From Somniosus microcephalus (Eukaryota), in contig CM126212.1 of NCBI GenBank assembly GCA_052327205.1, positions 23,560,001 to 23,624,000 of the forward strand: DNA of 64,000 bases. Direction: 5' to 3'. The position numbers and the translations under genes are program-made. The notes under the pieces were generated by a model. That model was given only the letters and a program-made list of their open reading frames with translations. It searched no databases and was not told the DNA's origin. Each line of letters starts with the position of its first letter. The stretch's first letter is position 1. This document shows positions 37,174 to 49,545 of this stretch, piece by piece.

Positions 37174-37940
37174 TAGCACTCTTGCCTCTGAGTCAGAAGG
37201 TTGTTGGTTCAAGTCCAGGGGCCTGAGCATAATAATCTAGGCTGACGCTCCCAGTGTAATACAGGAAACTCTCTTTTAACCGGCACCTAAATAACCGGAA
37301 ATCTCTGTTAACCGGCAAAATTCAGGAGTAGGTTCAGGTAAGTTTTACTTCATATTAGTGGCAGTTCCTGGATCTGTGGCTGTGTAATCGGGGTTCTTGC
37401 AGCTGTTGCTAAGCAACAGGGACGCTTGGTCTGTGGCCGGAGTTCCTGCACATGTTGCTAAGCAACAGGGAAGCCTGGATTTGTTGCAGTGTACGGAGCT
37501 CTCGTACCTTTTTAACTATACCTCTCTGTAATCCGGACTTTTTGATAAACCGGCACCACGCCGGTCCTGTTGGTGCCGGATAATAAAGAGTTTCCTGTAC
37601 TGAGGAAGTGCCGCACTGTCAGCGGTGCCGTCTTTCGGCTGAGACGTTAAACCGAGGCCCCGTCTGCTCGGGTGAACGTAAAAGATCCCACGGCACTACT
37701 TTGAAGAAGATCAGGGGAGTTCTCCCCAACGTCCTGGCCAATATTTATCCCTCAATCAACATCACTAAAACAGGTTATCTGGCCTTTATCACACTGCTGT
37801 TTGTGGGAGCTTGCTGTGCACAAATTGGCTGCCACGTTTCCTACATTACAACAGTGACGACACTTTAAAAAAAAGTACTTCATTGGCCGTAAAGAATTTG
37901 GGACGTCCTGAGGTCGTGAAAGGCGCTATATAAATGCAAG
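37174..37940 (+). mobile_element. Deu-SINE split by a Tc1/mariner-superfamily MITE
   Basis: Head at 37174-37261; the remainder resumes at 37600 (CTGAGGAAGTGCCGCACTGTC). Confidence 0.85.
37262..37597. mobile_element. Tigger/pogo-like MITE (336 bp), TA TSD
   Basis: TIRs CAGGAAACTCTCTTTTAACCGGCACC and GGTGCCGGATAATAAAGAGTTTCCTG (23/26 complementary). TA at 37260-37261 and 37598-37599. Confidence 0.85.
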
Positions 37941-38474
37941 GATATCTGGCCTTTGTCTCCTCCTTTCAACACGTAATGAGAAAACATCAGCAGCAGCTTT
38001 AGGCTGCAAGTCATCTTTGATCTGGCCAAGGACAGATTCTCTCTCTCCCCCTAGAGTTCTACGTTTTGTTGTTAATGCTGCTTTGATAGTTTCAACTCTC
38101 GGCCGAAGGTTTCGGCATGTGCATCTCATTCCCTTGGTAGAATTTGTATCGAAACCGTATAATCTTTAACCTTTTGCCTTCGTAGAGTCTTGTTTTCCAT
38201 GAAAGCGAAAATTCTGGGGGTAAAGGGTTAAAAGCATTGCCTGCAAGAAGCTGAATTGGTAAATTTGAACAGTATGTTGAAATTCTCTCAGGAGATGGTA
38301 ATGTTAAAAACAAAAGTTCTTGAGCAGTCAAGCAGCTCCATCCTTTTGTGGCGGTTTTAGCAATGTCAGTTTTTTCTGTGAATTAGAAGTAAAAAAGCAG
38401 ATTTTTAAACTGATTAACCCTTCAACAACTGCGGCTCAATTTCTGCAACAAGACTTACTTAATTTTCATAGTAT

Positions 38475-38622
38475 TTACAGCACAGAAACAGGCCATTCGG
38501 CCCAACTGTGCGATGCCAGTGTTTATGCTCCACACGAGCCTCCTCCCATCCTACTTCCTCTCACCCTATCTGCATATCCCTCTATTCTTTTCTCCCTCAT
38601 ATACTTATCTAGCTTCCCCTTT
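38475..38622 (-). mobile_element. CR1 3' tail
   Basis: TACAGCACAGAAACAGGCCATTCGGCCCAAC...TTATCTAGCTTCCCCTT. Confidence 0.8.
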
Positions 38623-39029
38623 GTACCATAATATTGTCAATTAAGAACGTTCTCCGGTTCTGTGCTTTTCTCTCATTCTACTTTACAATACTAGTTGCAT
38701 CTGATTGAAATGAGTTTGAGGTCTCTTATGGGGGAAGCGGAGAGAAAAAAAAAGTATCTTTGGATACACAACGGTTGAAAAGCTTCTACGAAAATAAAGC
38801 TCCTTGTTGTACCTTCACATAGTGAATGACGCAACTCTACAAATGTAATTATTGAGGCAATCATTTTATTATTAGATCTCTTGACCCCATATTCCTATAC
38901 TAGGCGTCACAAATAACATATGCAAATTACAAAAACCTCTAAAAAATATCTGTGCACCCTCACTAAATAAAACAAAGCTGGCAGCGACAATAGTTTAAAC
39001 AATATTTTTTTCCTGGGCTCCCCCCATGG

Positions 39030-39710
39030 TGAATAGCTGAACTACACAGGGTGCCTGGTTCAATCCCGGCTCTCTGCTGGGTTAGATGATCTCAGCTGAG
39101 TTGGTGGTGGTGGTAGGGGCGGCCAGGGGCTACTTATAAAATTCTAACAGGACTAGACAGACTAGACCGAGGAAGGATGTTCCCGATGGCGGAGGAGTCC
39201 AGAACCAGGGGTCACAGTCTAAGGATAAGGGGTAAGCCATTTAGGACTGAGATGAGGAGGAATTTCTTCACCCAGAGAGTGGTGAACCTGTGGAATTCTC
39301 TGCCACAGAAGGCAGTTGAGGCCAATTCACTAAATATATTCAAGAAGGAGTTAGATATATTTCTTAAGGCTAAAGGGATCAAGGGATATGGGGAGAAAGC
39401 AGGGACAGGGTACTGAATTTGGATGATCAGCCATGATCTCATTAAATGGTGGAGCGGGCTCGAGGGGCCGAATGGCCTACTCCTGCTCCTATCTTCTATG
39501 TTTCTATGTAATTGGCCTCAGTGCCAATTAGGCTAGGGAGGAGAACGCTAGTCGCTGATCGCAGTCCAGCGACCCTCGCTGGCTGGCTGTGGGTAGGTGG
39601 CTGTAGGGTGAGGGCAGGAACGGGCTCAGCCATGGCACTCGCAGTGGTCAGCTAGCCTGTCGACACTCAGGTAATGGTCACTTGGCCAAGATCCGGAAGG
39701 GCGAATGGGA
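39030..39710 (+). mobile_element. LF-SINE-like element split by a CR1 (39132-39509)
   Basis: GGTTCAATCCC B-box, TCTGCTGGGTTAGATGATCTCAGC, and GGGGCTAC | AATTGGCCTCAGTGCC rejoin across the CR1. Confidence 0.6.
39132..39509 (+). mobile_element. Young CR1 3' fragment, same subfamily as 19115-19692
   Basis: Near-identical to 19312-19690; encodes MFPMAEESRTRGHSLRIRGKPFRTEMRRNFFTQRVVNLWNSLP. Confidence 0.95.
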
Positions 39711-39721
39711 CCAATGTAGAT

Positions 39722-39890
39722 CAGTGAGCACAGGGGTGGTGGGTGAACTGGACCTGGTGCAAGTTAGGACACAGGCAGCAGAGTTTTGGAGGAGCTCAGG
39801 TTTACGGAGGGTGCAAGGTGAGAGGCCAGCTAGGAAAGCTTTGGAATAGTCGAGTCTAGAGTAACAAACGCATGGATGAGCGTTTCAGCA
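39722..39890 (-). mobile_element. L2 ORF2 internal fragment
   Basis: Minus-strand remnant AETLIHAFV/SRLDYSKAFLAGLSPCTLRKPELLQNSAACVL. Confidence 0.7.
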
Positions 39891-41336
39891 GTGGGCTGGA
39901 GCTGTCCTTAACATCAAAATCATATTCTTTCTGACTCACGTATTTTGATGCAAGTTTTTTAATTGCTCAAATACCACTAAAAATAGAAAGATATTATGCA
40001 CAAGCATTAGAAGCTCATGATTTAGAAGACCCGCCTTTATTATTAAATCTTCTTACGTTTTAAGCAGAGGGTCTTTGGGGAGCCTTGAAAAATATGCCTA
40101 AAACATCTGCTTTAAAAAAAAATTATTGTAGTAAAGTTGCTGAATATTAAAAGTCGAAATAGTAAACTCCATAGCGACACAGGACATTTCATTTACTGCC
40201 TTTTCTAAATAAACTGTGGTGGGTTGGCGGGGGGGAGGGGAGGGGTGAGGGAACATGGAGGTGAAAGGCAGCCATCTTGTAAAGTTTAATTCTGCTGCAA
40301 TTCGTAAAACATTCACCATTTTGCATTGTCCAAATTCCAGTTGAAACATCATTTGGTAATTGATGCCATGTTAAAAAGTTAAAGAATCCTTCACCAAGGC
40401 GATAAAGGTCACAGCTTTCATTAGAATAACAGATAGAGATTTATTAGCCACAGCTGAACTGCGCAATAAATCATCGTTACCTCTTGTTAGGCCACCATCA
40501 CCTTTATTCTTTTGGGGTACCTCATAAATCTTTATTAGGGCCGTGGCAGCCAATTATTTTTGTAATCGAACACTCAATCCATTACTGATTAAATCAGGAA
40601 TTTGGGCCATACTAAACATATTGGCACATAAACAAACAAATACAAATACCAGCGAGCCTCAGCATGCTCCAAATTTGGAATTACGTGTGTGCGTGTGTGT
40701 ATATTTTTCCATTAGCATGTGCGTCAATTGCTCAGTTAATAAACTGAAAGGCTAAGAATATATTTCACTGTTTTTGCTGTGTTATTGCAATGGAGCTAGC
40801 TGGCCTCTGTATGGCAACTTAACCGCTGGCTAAAGTACACGGGCAATACAGTACAGTGGCCAGACCAACTCAAGGACAAAGTGATTAGTTAAGTATCTAT
40901 TTCTATCGTAATGTTGTTTCCCTCTTGCCAATATTCTACAGGGCCTCACCAAAAGCTCAAATTGATGTCAGTAAATGGCTATTATAAGTCACAAAATATC
41001 ACGTTTCGCATTCTGTTCAAAAGACTGTAAGTGGAGAATGCAGGATTTTTAATCCATTTTAGGCATATGGTGTTATTTGAATTCTGTGCTCTATTTTAAA
41101 GTGGTCAAATTCATGGTATATCACAGATTTCAAATATTAGATCTTACAAAGCAGAATTTGAGCACAGTACAATTTCACTGAACAGTTTTTTGTGCATTTG
41201 AGCATACTGAAAAATATCAAAATATGTTATTATAGGTGAAAGAAGATACCAGTCCTCAAAAGATTAAAATCCAACCAAACATTAAGAAATAGTCTTCCTT
41301 TGAATATAGCCTAGCATTTGGGGTTCTTTTTAAGTA

Positions 41337-42185
41337 NNNNNNNNNNNNNNNNNNNNNNNNNNNNNNNNNNNNNNNNNNNNNNNNNNNNNNNNNNNNNNNN
41401 NNNNNNNNNNNNNNNNNNNNNNNNNNNNNNNNNNNNNNNNNNNNNNNNNNNNNNNNNNNNNNNNNNNNNNNNNNNNNNNNNNNNNNNNNNNNNNNNNNNN
41501 NNNNNNNNNNNNNNNNNNNNNNNNNNNNNNNNNNNNNNNNNNNNNNNNNNNNNNNNNNNNNNNNNNNNNNNNNNNNNNNNNNNNNNNNNNNNNNNNNNNN
41601 NNNNNNNNNNNNNNNNNNNNNNNNNNNNNNNNNNNNNNNNNNNNNNNNNNNNNNNNNNNNNNNNNNNNNNNNNNNNNNNNNNNNNNNNNNNNNNNNNNNN
41701 NNNNNNNNNNNNNNNNNNNNNNNNNNNNNNNNNNNNNNNNNNNNNNNNNNNNNNNNNNNNNNNNNNNNNNNNNNNNNNNNNNNNNNNNNNNNNNNNNNNN
41801 NNNNNNNNNNNNNNNNNNNNNNNNNNNNNNNNNNNNNNNNNNNNNNNNNNNNNNNNNNNNNNNNNNNNNNNNNNNNNNNNNNNNNNNNNNNNNNNNNNNN
41901 NNNNNNNNNNNNNNNNNNNNNNNNNNNNNNNNNNNNNNNNNNNNNNNNNNNNNNNNNNNNNNNNNNNNNNNNNNNNNNNNNNNNNNNNNNNNNNNNNNNN
42001 NNNNNNNNNNNNNNNNNNNNNNNNNNNNNNNNNNNNNNNNNNNNNNNNNNNNNNNNNNNNNNNNNNNNNNNNNNNNNNNNNNNNNNNNNNNNNNNNNNNN
42101 NNNNNNNNNNNNNNNNNNNNNNNNNNNNNNNNNNNNNNNNNNNNNNNNNNNNNNNNNNNNNNNNNNNNNNNNNNNNNNNNNNNNN
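41337..42185. other. Assembly gap (849 N)
   Basis: Run of N. Confidence 1.
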
Positions 42186-44154
42186 TTATAATGTTTAGCA
42201 TTAAGGCTGACTTGCACAATCTTGTATATGTTTGGTGATGAGAAACAGATTCAGGCTCTGTGTAATGTAAGGGACCATTCAGTGGAGTTAGCACAGTCAT
42301 TAAAAGCAGTATGTATCTAGTGCTGTTGTGCATTATGCAATCTCCCAAGGGTTACAGAAAACTCAAGATGAGGCGATTAAACCTTTGCCAAGTAAGAGAT
42401 CGCCTTTTAAAGCTATAACATAAGACAAACACTGTAAAGGAGCTGAGTCCCTGTCAGGGCAAATAAGGGACAGAATTCCCAGTTTTAACACACAAGCAGA
42501 TAGTACTGGAAAAAAGTTACCGCACAAACTGGGCCCCAGCACGGATCAAAGCAATTAATACTTCACCAGTTCTCTCAGACACCCTCCTGTCAAAACAGGT
42601 CCAAGCAGTCTTCAACCACAAACAAATTTAAAAAAAGCATTTCAAATCATTTTACATTCCTTGTGACCATAGTCTCCGTTTCCCACTCGGAGAAAGTCTT
42701 TAACTCACTTGGCTTTAAAAGCGAACAATTTGGAGGATGGTCCCTACATATGCGTGTACGGTTTATTATGGCTTTTTGCTCGAGTGGAAGAATATCTCGA
42801 ATGCACTGATACTGTTTGGAGACAGCGAGTCCTATATGTGCACAGCCTCCACTGAAGCAATAATTCTGCCTTTTAAGCTACTTCTGGGACCATCGAGGTG
42901 TCATTTCACATATGTGAGTCATCGTTCCACATTTGTACAGATGTTGAATATTAATCCTGTGGGAAATGGGATTATCACACCCACAAGCATAAAACTGCAT
43001 GGTGCTAACAAAGAAAAAAGTCAAATTGTGAGGTTTTAACGATCTGCAAGAAAATGTTTCACTGTATGGATGATTGTTTCAATGTATAAATAAACTCTTT
43101 TATTGCGACATAAACAGTGCAGGCATAAATAAGGCATGCTGTATGCAAAGGCAGCCAATAAGTCGAAAAGTAAGGTGAATCACTCGGGCGCTGAGTTCCA
43201 TGTCATCCCTAGGGAATTCAACACCGAAGGAGTTAGTGCGATCTGTTCCACAGAATCTGGCTTTCTCACCCCCCAAAAAAAGTAGGGCTTTTTATCAGGT
43301 TTTCTCCCTCTTCCACTTTTGCACGCTGTTTACTGCACAGAAATCCTCATGGAGCATCGCTCCGAGATATAATCAGGCCATTTTCAAAGAATCTTTTTTA
43401 TATTTCTAGGTGAGGGCAAGAATAGGTTACAAAGCTCTCAAAAGTTATAAAGTACAAATGTTAAAAGGGGGAGGGGGAAGTTACTGTTCCAGTTCCACTT
43501 AAGCAAGGTTATTGTACACTGAGTGTATTGCTTTTGCATTGATTGACACCCATGGTAAGAAAAGAAAATAGTCAGATTTGATTAGATAGAACCCCAAAAC
43601 GATTCTAAATATTGCATATGTCAATACATTTACACCTAATCATTTACATATAATTATCAATATGATAAGCACTTCTTAATATATGTGGGTTTGAAGGCAG
43701 TTGCATTTCATAAAAAACTGCCTCCATACTTCCTGTAACATTACTATGTTTCCTAAGCCATTGCCACATTTATCTTGTTTTAGAGATTTTCTGCTTTGTA
43801 TCAATCAGATGTAGATATAAAATATCTGGTAGAAACGAATCAGGCTCCTTACAGACAAAGTTAGAAAGAAAAAATCATAGAAACCAATTTCATTGTCGCC
43901 TAAGACTGAAGGGGGATTTTTTTTTGGAAGCCTCTGATTGCTTTTGTGTCATGGGGTGTTAGAGTCATAGGGTGTTAGAGAGATGTCACAGACAGTTTGC
44001 TGCTGACAGACACACCCCACTAACTGCTAATAAAACACATCAGTCTTCACTTTCAAATTACCACCTTCCAAAAGGATTCCCCAAGACTAAAAGCTTTTTG
44101 CAGGGACATTTCCCTAGATGGCCATTACTCCATTCCCAAGGCCACCTCCAATTT

Positions 44155-44423
44155 CACAGAATCACAGAAACCCCACAGTGCAGATAGAGGCCATTTCGGC
44201 CCATTGAGCCTGCACCGACACATATCCCACCCGATCCCCATAACCCCTACACCAACACATATCCCACCCTATCCCCGTAACCCCACGTATTTAATCCCCC
44301 TAATACTAAGGGTCAATTTATCATAGCCAATCAACCTAACCCGCACATCTTTGGACTGTGGGAGGAAACCGGAGCACCCGGAGGAAACCCACGCAAACAC
44401 GGGGAGAATGTGCAAACTCCACA
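44155..44423 (-). mobile_element. HE1-type V-SINE, 5'-truncated
   Basis: V-domain TGTGGGAGGAAACCGGAGCACCCGGAGGAAACCCACGCA..CACGGGGAGAATGTGCAAACTCCACA plus a CR1-type tail (GGCCATTTCGGCCCA, (AATCACAG)n). Confidence 0.85.
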
Positions 44424-44559
44424 GAAGTGTTTTGGGCCTCTCAGGACTGGTGCCTCTCCTTCAAATAAAAATCTTGCTCTGATTGTAAAATTTAATACTG
44501 ACAATCAATCCTCTTCTTCAACAATGATATTTCTAAATTTCCACTTAGCGTTCCACAGC

Positions 44560-44820
44560 ACCACCCAAACCCACGACCTCCACCACCTAGAAGGTCAAGG
44601 ACAGTTCCCCTCCAGGTCAGACTTGGACATATATCGCTGTCCCTTCACTGTCCCTGGGCCAAAATCCTGGAACTCCCTCCCCAACAGCACAGTGGGCATA
44701 CCTTCATCACACGGGCTGCAGTGGTTCAAGAAGGTGGCCCACCACCAGCTTCTCAAGGGAAACTAGGGATGGGTAACAAACGCTGGTCTTACCAGTGACG
44801 CCCACAACCAGAAAATCAAT
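44560..44820 (+). mobile_element. 3' tail of the CR1/Zenon-like LINE
   Basis: AAAATCCTGGAACTCCCTCCCCAACAGCAC...GGTTCAAGAAGGTGGCCCACCACC...TAGGGATGGG; homologous to 22985-23400. Confidence 0.75.
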
Positions 44821-47800
44821 TTTTTTTAAATTCAGTTAGACTCTGAGCTAATTCAGAGATCAAAGATCAATACAATTTTTTTTTTAATGCAAAACTTGAA
44901 TTTCAAACAATGCCAATCAATCCGGTTACATTTTAGCATTTCCAAGAAGGTTCATCTAGAAAGCCGCTATACTGTCACTTATCTTAATGCCGGGTAGTTT
45001 TGGGTGTACATCGACATTAAAGTGACAGCGTAAGTCAGGAAGTCTGTTCCCAGCCTGACCCCCACCCAAGTGGTATGAGCGCCTCTGTGGGAGGCCGCCT
45101 CACGCTGCTTTGAGTTCACAGCAGATGTGGTATAACGCCAGCCCGATAGGAATTTACATTTTAAGAGTACCCAGGCACCACTTGGGCAACCTCTAAGCTT
45201 CCTTCTCAATGTTAGTAGACACTTACACTCACAACATTATACAGTAGCCAGGTGGGGGGGAGCAGCGTTCTGTATGCAGCTCAATTTATGCCCGACCTCA
45301 GTGCCGCCTGCAGTTGGCTGTATAACTCCAGTCTGCTGCCATGCACATACCTTGTTGTGAGACTGGTAGCTGCAGTATAACTGAACTGGACAGCTAGATA
45401 AAGAGTACTGCTCTGACCCTCCCTCCATAAAGGAATCAATGAAACATATAACCTTTACAAATATTGCCAGGTATACAGATTTAGAATTAAGGAGCAGTCC
45501 CGGTTATTAGCAGTTGGCTGTTGTCAGCTCAACTTCAGCAGAATCTCCACCACATGAAACCCTGCAGCAGGAAACATGAAGGCACACAGTCGGTTTTTAG
45601 GTCGATTTGTGTGGATGGTTCATTAAAAGAAAAAGCACAACCAATGTGTCTTCTATCGATCGGCCTGCAACTTATTTCTAAATGTAACTTGAAGTTGAGA
45701 GGAAGGGTATTACCGTGGTTTTCATTAAGCTTGATGTGAAATGGGTTAAACTTCCAGACCAATACTGCACCAGGTAAAACAGGCTGGGGTGGGTAGATAG
45801 TGTATTGATTCCTACTTAATCTGGGTTGACGGTTGAAATGTGTAGGAATCTATACCGTTGGACCTGCTGGCATAGACCCTATCCCTCCCCCCTCCAATAA
45901 AAAGAAACACTCATCCACTTAAATAGCCCTCCACATTCAAAGTGCCCAGACAGATGGGTCCTTCTCCCCTCTCTAAAGCAATGCACCAAAGAGATAAGGC
46001 AATCTGCTGACTCCCAGCAAATAAAAGGCCCCCCCAAAAAAAGAACCCTCAGCGCTTTTGCCTTTCCAAGTTATGGATTGGCACGCATTTCAAACAGATT
46101 TATGCATTATTCATCTTTTTTTTCTCCTTCTTCTGTAACTCCGGTCAAAGGAGTAGAGGGGGGTGGGGGGAGGGGGGTGAACGGAGAGGCTTAGAGAAAT
46201 TGCGACGAGGGATTTGAGCGCAGGGGGCTGAGGACTGTAATGAAGTGATGGGGCTGTCAGGCTGGAATCTGCCTTGTGTCTCTTTCGAAGCAAACCTGGA
46301 CCAAGGGGAGAGCCACCAGCAGTCAGTCAGACTCAGTCATTTGAACTGATAACACAAAAGCCCAGAGTGGGCTGCTGTGGAAATGTATGCACCATGGAGA
46401 CTCCGAGAGAGACTTTAAAGACTCATTTTACTCCCCCTTGCCATTATTATTGTATGTACATAAAATTATAAAATTCTATAGTTGGCAAAATGCTCTTAAA
46501 TATATAACCAGACTTCATAACATCTACACAGGGCTGTCAAAAGAAATGCTTCCATCTGCCATCGGTGCTACAACAGTGTTATCCTATAACCCATTTGCTA
46601 TTAACCCACCACTGCTAATATGTGTTTAGAACATTATTTTTTCTGGCATGAGCTTAACAAAAAGAGACATCTTCCAACCGTCTTAAGGACTGTTTGAGCA
46701 GCTAGGGAGAGCAGGAGGCACAAGGTGCTCTCTGGATAGTGGAGTGCAGTATCTGCACATGAGTGGGTCGGTGTTTTTTTTGTGGGTCGGGGGGGGAGGG
46801 GGGGGAGATTTTTTGCTTCCTTATCCCAAAGAGCTGATAAAACCGAAGGGGAGAAAACCAGGGCAAACTGATCATCAAAATCTCACCTTAACAAAAAAAA
46901 AACAATGAATGAATCTGAGTTAAGTTTGGGAAAGGGGCAGCTTTTGGCTGGTCGACCAGGATTGAGAGTTCTGACTTTTGCATGCTGCATTGCAGCACTG
47001 TTGTGTGTGGCAGAATGTGCCTCGCTTAGCTTTTAACAAGTACAATTAACAATTGCAATATAGGCAGTATATCCGCACAGCTGCAGTTTGTGTTCTCGCC
47101 TCTCCTTTCCCAGAGAGTTAGTTAAAAACAATAAATATTTTACAGCTGCGATCTGGCAGCTTCCACTACTTTAACCCCAAACACACACACACACACACAC
47201 ACACCTGTCTTTCTTGGTGAGAAAAAATATAAACACCTACCAAAACATTCAGGACAATCAGCTCTTCGAAATGGTCTTGTTGGATTTCTCGGATTGCTAA
47301 CCCAAAGCCACGCGTGTATTTTCTAAAAAAGAAACCCATGTACTTCACAGAACGAGCTGTGTCGTTCAGCAAGTGGCGAAATCCTTTCTTTACCAAAGCA
47401 TTAAAAGAAAGTACCATTCGGTCTCTCGCATCTGCTGGCTGCAGTGGGTGTTAGTGGCTGTGCGGGTGGAGGGAGGCGATTAGACAACTTGCACACAATG
47501 CTCCAGAGATGTCGTTTCCCAGGATTAAAATCACAACATCTCCTATTTTACTGCCATGGACTTTGGTCGTTGTTTTTTTGCTCGTGTGCTCAGAGATGCT
47601 CACACAGAACCCGCTCCATCTACAGCGCGATACACCGCCACAAGACCGTCAGTAAGGATGGAGCAAATTCAAGTCCATTAAAACCGTTTAAATAACTGTC
47701 CTGATAAATGCGCGGACTTCAAGATGTTAGTTAAAAGAAGGGATGCGGGTCTTAAGGGGTGAATTCAGCAGGAATAAAGACGCGCGAACGTCTTAAAACG

Positions 47801-48046
47801 GGCGAAAGGGAATGATACGGTCCAAGATTAAAAGCAAAATCTATTGCAGATGGGATTTTTTAAGATCAAGACACACAAAGTCAGAGCCACTATACAGAGC
47901 AATTTTCAGTATCAAGCCGGCAAAGACTATCACTGCTTGACAATTCAGATAGTTAGTGTGCATTGCTTTAATTAATGTTGTGGGTACCCGATGTAAACGG
48001 TACCATAACCACTAAAACACTGAGAAAACACGTCTTTAATATACTT

Positions 48047-48088
48047 GGCCTGGCCTGCTGAGTTTTTCCAGCATTTTTTGTTGTTATT
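48047..48088 (+). mobile_element. 42-bp Penelope terminal fragment with 14-bp TSD
   Basis: GGCCTGGCCTGCTGAGTTTTTCCAGCATTTTTTGTTGTTATT closely matches the reverse complement of the PLE end at ~8050-8088. TCTTTAATATACTT is duplicated at 48033-48046 and 48089-48102. Confidence 0.8.
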
Positions 48089-49334
48089 TCTTTAATATAC
48101 TTTACTGTCTGCATTATAGACGGGCAGTGTTAACTTACACCCAGCACAGCACGTTTCACTAAAGCACAACATTACCTTTTAAGTCAATGAAAGGGATTAT
48201 TAATATCTGGCGAAGTACAGCAAAGATTGCCAAGTTTGGATCGGCAGGTCCCCCCAAAAAAATTGCAGAATGCCAGCCTCTTCCCGTCAGTGTTGGGTTT
48301 ATTCTGTACCTCAAGCAGTCCCGGTCCCAGCAACAACAACAACAAAACCCAACTTTAATTAAAATGATCAGCAAAACCCCCAAGCACGCAAATGTTGACA
48401 AGCTGCATACTCTGGCAGCTAACCCGGCTCCGAGGCACCCCGGTTACCGCCAACCCCGAACGCAAAGGAAATGCCTGGCGTTCCGAGCGGCTTCACAGAT
48501 GTACCTTATCATGCCAATAAAGCGATTTGAATTTGAATTTGAATGAAGCCAGCCCACAGTCGTCGGTTGACCAGCAGTGTGACCCATGGAGAGAGAGGGG
48601 GAAAAAAGCACTAAAAAGTCGCCTTTGGGAAAATAGAGGAGTAATTGTTTTTTTTTATATTTCAAAAAAAAAGCCGGTGGTCCTTACTACAGATACACAA
48701 CGTATCTGAATAGTGACATTCACTAGAATCCAAAATAGTGCAGGAAACCTCAATTCACGACTAGCCCAAGCCAACAACACCCACTCATTTCTACATAGAA
48801 CCCTATTGAAAGCACTTTCGCTCCGATAGCTATAGGTTCCTCTTAATACTATCTATCCATTTGTACCCAACACACACACACCTTCCTTTATTCGAGGTAA
48901 CCTCTTTGGTTTACAGAGACTGGGGCGAATTGTACTGCACCTTTCTGCTTACTCATTTGGCCTTACATACCAAGGCTCTTAGTTATTTACAGAGATCTTC
49001 CAGTTTTTTTTTCCCATTAGCACGCTGCTGCTGAGGGTCTTCTAGGAAGTACACGATAATGCGTTTCCATAGAAACTCCGCTGTAAATGTGGATGAATAC
49101 TTAACAAGACTTGACATTCAATTTCTCTCCCACTGGCACTTTGTCATAACGGGTAAAAACATCACCAAAACTTGCTTATCCAGACACAACTAGCAATAGC
49201 GCAACAGTGAAATGCACGCTCATCAGTTTCAAGTGCTGCACTGTAGTTGCAAAGGAGGCGCGGGGGTGGGTGCGGGTGTGACTAGTCCCCCCTGTTTCTG
49301 AACTCAGACCAACAAGAACTCTACAGGACAATAA

Positions 49335-49545
49335 CTCGCCTTTAATGTGGGAGAAAACACATCCTCCCAAGGCGCTTCACAGGAGCATAGTAAGTAAGCA
49401 TTTGACACCCAGCCACATAAGGAGATATTAGGGCAGGTGACCAAAAGCTTGGTCAAAGAGGTGGGGTTTAAGGAGCGACTTAAAGGAGGAAAGGGGGAGG
49501 TTGAGGGAGGGAATTCCAGAGCCAGCAGGACCGCCGATGGTGGGG
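49335..49545 (-). mobile_element. L2 LINE 3' end
   Basis: CCAAAAGCTTGGTCAAAGAGGT..TTTAAGGAGC..GGGAATTCCAGAGC. Confidence 0.75.

Noticed and set aside
41311-42348. Long ORFs of 295-345 aa
   Set aside because: Artefacts of translating through the N gap.
48495-48545. ATGCCAATAAAGC followed by (ATTTGA)n as a gene poly(A) site
   Set aside because: More likely a tiny LINE 3' tail; too short to classify or support.
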